Source: Mobula hypostoma (lineage: Eukaryota). Taken from it: a stretch of 64,000 nucleotides of DNA. This document shows, in pieces, positions 24,915 to 34,111 of this stretch. A program made the translations under genes and the position numbers. The notes under the pieces were generated by a model. That model was given only the letters and a program-made list of their open reading frames with translations. It was not told where the DNA came from and did no database searches. The stretch covers positions 50,592,001 through 50,656,000 of the forward strand of contig NC_086107.1 of NCBI RefSeq assembly GCF_963921235.1, given 5' to 3'. Positions within the stretch are counted from its first letter, which is position 1; each line of letters starts with the position of its first letter.

Positions 24915-25295
24915 TTCAACTTTGGGTTTGAAACATTATTAAGGCTGACACTTGAGTCCCATTCAGAAGTCATGCTGTATTGCCAGATCTGATATCCTTT
25001 GGCTGAAACGTTGAATTGAGTTACATTCAGCTCCAACAACTCCTTTAGTTATTAAGTTTCCCAAGGCACTATTTAAAGAACAGTAGGCAGTTTTCCCGTT
25101 GACTTGGTCAATATTTCTGCCTCAACCTGCAATGCAAAAAAAAGTAGTCGCTCACTTATCTAGTCTTTATTTGGTTGTGTGCCAAATGACTGCTTTGGTT
25201 ACCAAGATAACAAGTAATTACACAACATAGAATGTGAACTATTTTGATTTGCTTTTGTAAGATAAGGTGCTGAATAAATATAACTTGTCCTTTCC
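24915..25295 (+). mobile_element. Ancient DeuSINE-like SINE (SacSINE1/AmnSINE1-related)
   Basis: Recalled Deu-domain blocks appear in order: AGGCTGACAC, TTTGGCTGAAACGTTGAATTGAG, CCCAAGGCACTATTTAAAGAA, TTGGTCAATATTT.TGCCTCAACC, GTGTGCCAAATGACTGC, AAGGTGCT.AATAAAT. Confidence 0.6.
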
Positions 25296-26442
25296 TTGAA
25301 TTGTGGAACCTTGTGAAGGAAACGACTGGGTGCCTCAGAATATTGTAAATAATTATTACATATGATATAGAAAATAAATTATGCAATTGTCAAGGGCTGT
25401 CATCTCATTTCTCAGCTGAACATCAGACAGCCAGCTTTTGAGAATTTATGAAGGAGTTCCTTAAATGCTCCATTTGTGCTTAAGACTCAACTGATAGAAT
25501 GTCGAAAAAGGATTTATTGGGTTGAGCACAATATACTGTATATCTCTGCAAGACTGAAAGGTGTTCACATGTGCAGCTAGAATAATTCAGTGTGTTCGCT
25601 TTTTGGCAGAATCATCTTTGAAAGAAGTTTGAACTTATTGTTTCCCTAGCAAACAGTAAATGAGAATGTGGGCTTTTAGCCAAAACTGTTCTGAATACTG
25701 AAAGCTGAATGCCAAAAGTTTAAAAGTAAATGCTCTTGTTAATGCAAGATTTTCTTCTCTGCCACAGCTATACTCAAGGAAACAATTATAACAGATGAAA
25801 GCAAGTTTTTCAGCAGTACTAAGTAAAAAGAGAGATATGGGAATGTGCATGTTAAATTGAGAATAGTAATTAATCAAATTATTAATTTGCAAATGTATCA
25901 CAAAATTGATGCTGCACAATTAATGATTTTCTGGCGATGCATAAAAACAAGCCTTGAATTCATACACATACAGAATTCAAACATTGAATTACAATTAGAA
26001 TGTTAAGTGATGCACCAGTATTGGAGTGTAGGCCTTGGGTTACATTGGAGAGTGACTGCATGAAGCTGTGATTGACCCTCATTCCCAAGATGCAATACAA
26101 AGCAGAACCATCATGATCTTTCCAAGTATTCTAATGAAAGATTCTGCCCAGGTAAAACCATTCTGTCCACCAATTTTCTGTAAACAATCCAATTGATCAT
26201 GGGCTTTGCTTCTATAGTCTGACTTAAATTTCCCTTTATTAAAGAAGATTGAGCTGAGTGTCAGAATAGTAATACATCTCCACATTTCCATTGTTGAATC
26301 TATAATTCCACAAGCAACACCCATCATTACAAAAACATACAGCCATGTTCCCTGCAAGAGTTCTTGAGAAGCCCAGTCCATGGCTATCCCTACAACTTCA
26401 ACCCTACTCTCATTTAGGTAATTATCCATCACAGGAGTGTAT

Positions 26443-26628
26443 GGGGTGTCAGGGAGGGGGTAGCACCTCTGGTGGGGGAACATGTTGCGTCCTTTTCAGG
26501 GCGGTTAGTCCACCTTTGGTCCCCACCTGGCACTCAGCTCTCACCTGTGGCTCCCCGTAGCTGTTTGCTTGCGACAGCGGCCACACCCCAGGCAACGGCT
26601 TCTACAAGCCGGCTAAACCAGGTGAGGG
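26443..26628 (+). ncRNA. HDV-like self-cleaving ribozyme
   Basis: P1 GGGGTGT(26443-49)/ACACCCC(26583-89); P2 CTCTCACCTG/CAGGTGAGGG; P3 GGC/GCC; L3 TCCCCGT; GCAAC bulge; P4 CGGCTT/AAGCCG; J4/2 GCTAA with catalytic C26613. Confidence 0.8.
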
Positions 26629-26952
26629 TAGCCGACGGGTCTCAAACCCTCAGTGAGATAGGGAGTTGTCTATCCCAGCATGTGAAGACAGACTCCAGCA
26701 GATTGAGCGGACGAGACCAGTGGAAGGTCCAACGGTCAAGAAGGCGGTCTCTGCAAGCATCATGGAACACGTAGAGCATGACAAGACACAGAAGACGTCC
26801 TGGTCATCCACTGTGCCTTGTCCCATCTCCAGCCGTCTTGACTCTTGTCTTGCCTCTGGATCCAGATGGGAATTGGGAAGAGAGAGTGAGGCTGACGCTA
26901 TGCAACTCTCCCTCACTTAAATCCAAATCACGTGCTAGTCTCAACACCATCA

Positions 26953-27092
26953 AGCCAGCTGGTGGCACAGTGACATCAGCACCAGACTCCAGGAGTGAAA
27001 ATTCCCGAGTTCGAAACCAGTTGAGCCGCTCCCGGGCACAATTTCCATCCGTGCTGGGTTGAGTGTCGAGCTCGCAACTTGGCCTCGTAAAA
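26953..27092 (+). mobile_element. tRNA-derived SINE fragment nested in the ribozyme element
   Basis: A-box TGGCACAGTGA, B-box GAGTTCGAAACC and short A tail. Homologous to the head of the SINE at 43041 (shared TTTCCATCCGTGCTGGGTT). Confidence 0.75.
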
Positions 27093-27346
27093 AGTATTAA
27101 TGGTGTCGAGGTCTCCATCGATAACGATGGACGAACCTTATCCATCACAAAACTGTCAATATACAGCATTCTACACAAATTAAATACTACCAGTTATTGA
27201 AAAACCTAATTAAAAGCTGAAAATGATGGACAAATCAGCAGGTTGGCTAACTGTTCAAAGTGAGAAAAGTACCTTACCTCTCAAATTACACACATCAAAG
27301 TTGCTGGTGAACGCAGCAGGCCAAGCAGCATCTATAGGAAGAGGCG

Positions 27347-27384
27347 CAGTCGACGTTTCAGGCCGAGATCCTTAGTCAGGACTA
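27347..27384 (-). ncRNA. Minimal hammerhead ribozyme, core mutated (CTGACTA)
   Basis: Minus strand TAGTC-CTGACTA-AGGATCTCGGCCT-GAAAC-GTC-GACTG; the conserved G8 is replaced by T. Confidence 0.65.
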
Positions 27385-29497
27385 ACTGAAGGAAGAGTGA
27401 GTAAGGGATTTGAAAGCTGGAGGGGGAGGGGGAGATGCAAAATGATAGGAGAAGACAGGAGGGGGAGGGATAGAGCCGAGAGCTGGACAGGTGATAGGCA
27501 AAAGGGGATACGAGAGGATCATGGGACAGGAGGTCCGGGAAGAAAGACGGGGGGGGGGGTGACCCAGAGGATGGGCAAGAGGTATATTCAGAGGGACAGA
27601 GGGAGAAAAAGGAGAGTGAGAGAAAGAATGTGTGCATAAAAATGAGTAACAGATGGGGTACGAGGGGGAGGTGGGGCCTAGCGGAAGTTAGAGAAGTCAA
27701 TGTTCATGCCATCAGGTTGGAGGCTACCCAGACGGAATATAAGGTGTTGTTCCTCCAACCTGAGTGTGGCTTCATCTTTACAGTAGAGGAGGCCGTGTAT
27801 AGACATGTCAGAATGGGAATGGGATGTGGAATTAAAATGTGTGGCCACTGGGAGATCCTGCTTTCTCTGGCGGACACAGCATAGATGTTCAGCAAAGCGG
27901 TCTCCCAGTCTGCATCGGGTCTCACCAATATATAAAAGGCCACATCGGGAGCACCGGACGCAGTATATCACCCCAGTCGACTCACAGGTGAAGTGATGCC
28001 TCATCTGGAAGGACTGTTTGGGGCCCTGAATGGTGGTAAGGGAGGAAGTGTAAGGGCATGTGTAGCACTTGTTCCGCTTACACGGATAAGTGCCAGGAGG
28101 GAGATCAGTGGGGAGGGATTGGTGGGACGAATGGACAAGGGAGTTGTGTAGGGAGCGATCCCTGCGGAATGCAGAGGGGGGGGGAGGGAAAGATGTGCTT
28201 AGTGGTGGGATCCCGTTGGAGGTGGCGGAAGTTACGGAGAATAATATGTTGGACCCGGAGGCCGGTGGGGTGGTAGGTGAGGACCAGGGGAACCCTATTC
28301 CTAGTGGGGTGGTGGGAGGATGGAGTGAGAGCAGATGTACGTGAAATGGGGGAGATGTGTTTAAGAGCAGAGTTGATAGTGGAGGAAGGGAAGCCCCTTT
28401 CTTTAAAAAATGAAGACATCTCCCTCGTCCTAGAATGAAAAGCCTCATCCTGAGAGAGGTCTTCATTTTTTAAAGAAAGGGGCTTCCCTTCCTCCACTAT
28501 CAACTCTGCTCTTAAACGCATCTCCCCCATTTCACGTACATCTGCTCTCACTCCATCCTCCCACCACCCCACTAGGAATAGGGTTCCCCTGGTCCTCACC
28601 TACCACCCCACCGGCCTCCGGGTCCAACATATTATTCTCCGTAACTTCCGCCACCTCCAACGGGATCCCACCACTAAGCACATCTTTCCCTCCCCCCCCC
28701 CCTCTGCATTCTGCAGGGATCGCTCCCTACACAACTCCCTTGTCCATTCGTCCCCCCCATCCCTCCCCACTGATCTCCCTCCTGGCACTTATCCGTGTAA
28801 GCGGAACAAGTGCTACACATGCCCTTACACTTCCTCCCTTACCACCATTCAGGGCCCCAAACAGTCCTTCCAGGTGAGGCATCACTTCACCTGTGTGTCG
28901 ACTGGGGTGATATACTGCGTCCAGTGCTCCCGATGTGGCCTTTTATATATTGGTGAGACCCGATGCAGACTGGGAGACCGCTTTGCTGAACATCTACGCT
29001 CTGTCCACCAGAGAAAGCAGGATCTCCCAGTGGCCACACATTTTAATTCCACATCCCATTCCCATTCTGACATGTCTATCCACGGCCTCCTCTACTGTAA
29101 AGATGAAGCCACACTCAGGTTGGAGGAACAACACCTTATATTCCGTCTGGGTAGCCTCCAACCTGATGGCATGAACATTGACTTCTCTAACTTCCGCTAA
29201 GGCCCCACCTCCCCCTCGTACCCCATCTGTTACTCATTTTTATGCACACATTCTTTCTCTCACTCTCCTTTTTCTCCCTCTGTCCCTCTGAATATACCTC
29301 TTGCCCATCCTCTGGGTCACCCCCCCCCCACCTGTCTTTCTTCCCGGACCTCCTGTCCCATGATCCTCTCGTATCCCCTTTTGCCTATCACCTGTCCAGC
29401 TCTCGGCTCTATCCCTCCCCCTCCTGTCTTCTCCTATCATTTTGCATCTCCCCCTCCCCCTCCAGCTTTCAAATCCCTTACTCACTCTTCCTTCAGT

Positions 29498-29535
29498 TAG
29501 TCCTGACGAAGGGTCTCGGCCTGAAACGTCGACTG
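29498..29535 (+). ncRNA. Minimal type I hammerhead ribozyme (intact core)
   Basis: Stem I AGTC(29499-502)/GACT(29531-34); core CTGACGA 29503-09; stem II AGG/CCT; GAAA 29523-26; palindromic helix III ACGT. Predicted cleavage after GTC (C29530). Confidence 0.85.
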
Positions 29536-30064
29536 CGCCTCTTCCTATAGATGCTGCTTGGCCTGCTGCGTTCACCAGCAACTTTGATGTGTGTTGCTTG
29601 AATTTCCAGCATCTGCAGAATTCCTGTTGTTTACCTCTCAAATTTATGATTTTTGATCTGAATTGCATACTCCATTAACATCCTGCCAAGAGTTAGTGGA
29701 TGCGTTGCACGTCTATTTACAGCTCATAATAAAATTCAGAAGGTGAATTTTGGAGACCAAGAGACAACTGATTATTTCCTTTCTTATTCCATTGTTGAAA
29801 AAGGGGAGGAATCATCCTGTATATTTGCTTTAGCAGTTATTTTCCATATCTAATGCTATACTCCAAACCAATGTGTAAAAGGCTTTCCTAAGGTTAACTA
29901 AATTAAAAGGTCAGAGTGGTATTTGTACGTGATCTTACCTTCCAGAATAAAACAACACAGCTCATATCTGTAAATGTAATGAATTTGTTATGTGATTAAT
30001 CCAAGTAGACATTTCATGGAGAAACAAGCCAAAAAGACAATTGATTGTATTTTTAAAAAATTTG

Positions 30065-30225
30065 GAATGCTATTTGAGGCAGGAATATTGGTCAAGAGAG
30101 TAGGAAACATACTACTATCTCTAACTATCACCTCAGGAATTTAAAAGAAACTACGGGAGATGGGTAATTCCATTTAACATTTCAACCAAAGGACAATAGC
30201 TCTGCTATTGAGACTTAAACCACAA
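30065..30225 (-). mobile_element. Decayed DeuSINE-like fragment
   Basis: TTGAGGCAGGAATATTGGTCAAG and TTTAACATTTCAACCAAAGGAC are reverse-complement matches to blocks of 24915-25295. Confidence 0.4.
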
Positions 30226-30607
30226 GAAGAAATTTAAATTCACAAGTCATAATTTTCAGCAAAAGTTTCAGGGCCAAATACGTCATAGGTAAGGCTAAGA
30301 TGGTATTTTAAACCATCATACCGGTTTATTCTGCAGAGTGAGGAATAGTGGAAGGGTTTTTTTTACCTGAAAGAGAACAATTGGTAATTAAAAACAGACT
30401 TGTTTGATTGGCACTGCCTCATTTTGTGGCAGTTTCCAATCTTTGCCCATTAACCCTACTCAATTCACCCACCCTGAAAGCATAATAACCTTTGACTCAT
30501 GGGTAGGAGTGCTATCAATGCAATTAAACTAAGATTATTCAGTTGCTTGGAAAGTAACTTAATGTTACAATCTGCACTGTCTACTTTTGGGGAAACATTC
30601 ACTTAAT

Positions 30608-31355
30608 CAGTGGTCCCCAACCACCGGGCCGCAAAGCAGGTGCTACCGGGCCACGAGGAAATGATATGAGTCAGCTGCACCTTTCTTCATTCCCTGTCAC
30701 GCACTGTTGAACTTGAACATAGAGTTGCCAACTGTCCCGTATTGCCGGGACATCCCGTATATTGGGCTAAATTGGTTCGTCCCATAAGGGACCGCCCTTG
30801 TCTCGTAATTCCCCCGCTAAGGTAGAGCATTCCTATGAAACCATTCATGCAAAAATGGCGTAAAGTGAAGAAGCAATTACCATTAATTTATATAGGAAAA
30901 ATTTTTAAGCGTACCCAGACCCAAAAAATAACCTACCAAATCATACCAAATAACACATAAAACCTAAAATAACACTAACATATGGTAAAAGCAGGAATGA
31001 TATGATAAATACACAGCCTATATAAAGTAGAAGTAATGTATGTACAGTATAGTCGGAAAGATTAAGCCAAAACCGACTTGTGGGAAAAAAAATGGGCACG
31101 CATGCGCACACAGGTGCCCATGCAAGGCTTCATGGTCATTGTAGTCTTTCTGGGGTAAACACAAGTGTCCTGGGATTTGACTGCTACTTTTGTCCCTTAC
31201 TTGGGAGTGAGAAAGTTGGCAACCCTAACTGTAAAAGACACGTTGAGGTGACTTTAACCCTACTTGAACACCCCCCTCCCAACAAATCGGCCGGCCTGCA
31301 AGAATATTGTCAATATTAAACAGGTCCGCGGTACAGAAAAGGTTGGGCACCCCTG
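30608..31355. mobile_element. Composite hAT (Charlie-like) non-autonomous DNA transposon
   Basis: TIRs CAGTGGTCCCCAACC / GGTTGGGCACCCCTG; perfect 8-bp TSD CACTTAAT (30600-30607, 31356-31363). Confidence 0.9.
30720..31262. mobile_element. Inner hAT MITE nested in 30608-31355
   Basis: TIRs TAGAGTTGCCAAC (30720-32) / GTTGGCAACCCTA (31215-27), GTCCC subterminal repeats, and 8-bp TSD CTTGAACA at 30712-19 and 31263-70. Confidence 0.82.
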
Positions 31356-32134
31356 CACTTAATGATATACTTGTGTTTTTTAACAGACTTGGATCCAATT
31401 ACTTTTGTTCAAAGACTGATGATGTGCAATAATCCTATAATTTCCAAATTCCTTGTTAAAAATATTAACTGGCAAATGTCTTCATTGTTTTGATACAAAA
31501 TCTTTTAAATTTTATCAATGTTAAATTGGATTACTCTCCAAAATAGACACCTAATCATAACCTGTGTCATTACTACTGATGAAGAAAATAAAATAATTGC
31601 ACATCTGCCACAATATTCCCAAAGATTTTAGACCAAAGTACTTTAGGAAATTTAAAGAAATCAAGAAAGCAGTATCATAGCAGCAGCTGAAAAAAATTAA
31701 CCAACAATTAGACCATCAGTAATCTGATTATCCCTCTATTCAGTGTGGGTTGAGATCTTTCTTGCTGATGAACACAGAGCCATGTGAGATTCATAGAGGA
31801 ATTGATTTGCAAGGTAGCTCTAACTTACTGTTGGAAGCTGACTGAAGCCTCAATTTACCATTGCTGCATAATCTGTATATTCATTGTAACACATCTGCTA
31901 CTATCTTCACAAGAATTGCATTTGTCTCTCTCTCTCTCACACACACACATAAATATATCAAACATAAATATTCACCTCTATCATCTAAATAAATGCAGGC
32001 TATTGTACTAAATTTGGTGATCACTTTTCCCTGTGAAGTATCAACTCACATATGAAGTTAAAATTGTTCTGTCTAAATTACTTGTGTTGTTTTGGCTTTC
32101 ACAAGTGTGAAATTCCCTCCCTTTTTTAAAATTA

Positions 32135-32922
32135 AATTTATACTTTATACTTTATTGTCACCAAACAATTGGTACTAGAACGTACAATCATCACAGCGAT
32201 ATTTGATTCTGCGCTTCACACTCCCTGGATTACAAATATTAAGTATTTAAAATATTAAAAATAGTTAAAATTAGTAAATATTAGAAAATTAAATTATAAA
32301 TCATAAATAGAAAATAGAAAATGGGAAGTAAGGTAGTGCAAAAAAACCGAGAGGCAGATCCGGATATTTCTAGGGTACGGCCCAGATCTGGGTCAGGATC
32401 TGTTCAGCAGTCTTATCACAGTTGGAAAGAAGCTGTTCTCAAATCTGGCCATACGAGTCTTCAAGCTCCTGAGCCTTCTCCCGGAGGGAAGAGGGACAAA
32501 AAGTCTGTTGGCTAGGTGGGTTATGTCCTTGATTATCCTGGCAGCACTGCTCCGACAGCGTGCTGTGTAAAGTGAGTCCACGGACGGAAGATTGGTTTCT
32601 GTGATGTGCTGCGCCGTGTTCACGATCTTCTGCAGCTTCTTTCGATCTTGGACAGGACAACTTCCATACCAGGTTGTGATGCACCCTAGAAGAATGCTTT
32701 CTACGGTGCATCTATAAAAAATAGTGAGGGTTTTAGGGGACAGGCCAAATTTCTTTAGTTTTCTCAGGAAGTAAAGGCGCTGGTGGGCCTTCTTGGCAGT
32801 GGACTCTGCTTGGTTGGACCAAGTCAGGTCATTTGTGATATTGACCCCGAGGAACTTAAAGCTTTTGACCTGTTCCACTTGCACACCACCAATGTAAATG
32901 GGGTCGTGCGGTCCGCTACTCC
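32135..32922 (-). mobile_element. Rex1/Babar-type LINE 3' fragment
   Basis: ORF 32393-32929 (FKFLGVNI, KKAHQRLYFLRKL, FYRCTVESIL, LPSGRR); tail ACAATAAA(GTATAAA)n. Confidence 0.9.
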
Positions 32923-33029
32923 ATTGCAATTACATCAGTGCATTATCACTACTTGCTCAGAATTTTGCATTCTGAAACAGTCTCTTTATCTTTCAAGTGA
33001 TCCCCCAATTTATGACGGGTTGCATCGGG

Positions 33030-34052
33030 AACACCAGACATATTGACAACCCCTCACCTCGAAGGGCTTTTTGGGGCCCTGAATGGAGGGGAGAGAGGAA
33101 GTGATTGGTCATGTGTAGCACTCGGGCCGCTTGCAGTGATAAGTGCTGTGGGGGTGGCGCGTGACGAGTAATGGGGAGGGACGAATGGACAAGGGAATCA
33201 TGAAGAGAGCGGTTTCTGTGGAAAGGTAGGGGGTGTAGATAAAGATATGTTTAGTAGTAGGATCCTGTGGTGATGGCAGAAGTTGTGGAGGATCATCAGT
33301 TGCATGTGGAGGGTGATGGGGTGATAGGTAAGGTCAAGAGGAGCTCTATCACTGTTACGGCAGTGGGAAGATAGTGTGAGCACAGATGTCGAGAAAATAG
33401 AGGAGATGTGGGTGAAAGCAGCATCAATAGTGAAGGGAGAGAAACCCTGCTCTTTGAAGAAGGAGGACATCTCAGATGTCCTAGAATGTTAAGCCGGATC
33501 CTGGGAAAAGATGCGACAGACGTAAAGGAACTGAGAAAAGGGAATAGCATTTCTACAGGAGATAGGGTGGGAAGAGGTATTGACAAGATAACTATGAGAA
33601 TCAGTCAGTTTATAAAAGATATTGGTTGGCAGTTTATCTCCAGAGATAGAGACAGAGAGATTGAGAAGGGGGGCAGGAGGTATCAGAGGTGGACCGGGTG
33701 GAGGTTAGAGGCAAAGTCAATGAGCTCAGTAAAGGTGCATGAAGAAGCACCGATGCATTTGTCGATGTAGTGCAAGAAGAGTTGGGGAGTATTACGGGGG
33801 CAAGGCTTTGAACATGGGCTGTTCTACGTAGCCAATGAAGAGGCAGTCATAACTGGGGCCCATGTGGGAAGAGCTGAAGGAAAAATTGTTGAGGGTGAGG
33901 ACTAGCTCTGCCATATGGAGGAGGGTGGTGGTGGAGGGAAGTTGTTTTTTTTTGTCAAGAAAGAAATGTAGAGCTTTGAGGCCTTCTTGCTGGGGATAGA
34001 AGTCTATGGGGACTGAACATCCATGATGAAGATGAGGTAGTCAGGGCCAGGA
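33030..34052 (-). mobile_element. Decayed Penelope-like RT fragment
   Basis: SSFFKEQGF, APLDLTYHP, NAIPFSQFL-like segments homologous to 38180-39200. Confidence 0.8.
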
Positions 34053-34111
34053 CTACTGTTATAAATTTTGATTTATGTTGAAAGACAAGTCATTGCAATG
34101 GCAGGAGGACG

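Larger units (their letters stand above)
26434..27137 (+). mobile_element. Non-autonomous retroelement with a 5' HDV-like ribozyme (possibly RTE-derived)
   Basis: Perfect 12-bp TSD TTATCCATCACA (26422-26433, 27138-27149). GC-rich, no RT motifs. 3' hairpins CTCAACACCAT/ATGGTGTCGAG and TCCATCG-ATAA-CGATGGA. Confidence 0.85.
27288..29630. mobile_element. Young Penelope-like element inserted as a 2.3-kb inverted duplication (RT C-terminus + GIY-YIG endonuclease in each arm)
   Basis: Arms ~27288-28422 (-) and ~28454-29593 (+) are near-identical reverse complements. ORFs show PLVLTYHP, C..C..C, GVIYC..C..CGLLYIGET, RFAEH, HFN, EQHLI, GMN. Perfect 14-bp TSD TTACCTCTCAAATT (27274-27287, 29631-29644). 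Confidence 0.95.

Noticed and set aside
26953-27030. tRNA genes (also 43041-43110)
   Set aside because: A/B boxes are present, but there is no complete cloverleaf and they continue into SINE bodies.
26345-27178. Cluster of overlapping short ORFs as a novel protein gene
   Set aside because: No recognisable motifs. Such ORFs are expected in GC-rich sequence, and they cross TSD and SINE boundaries.
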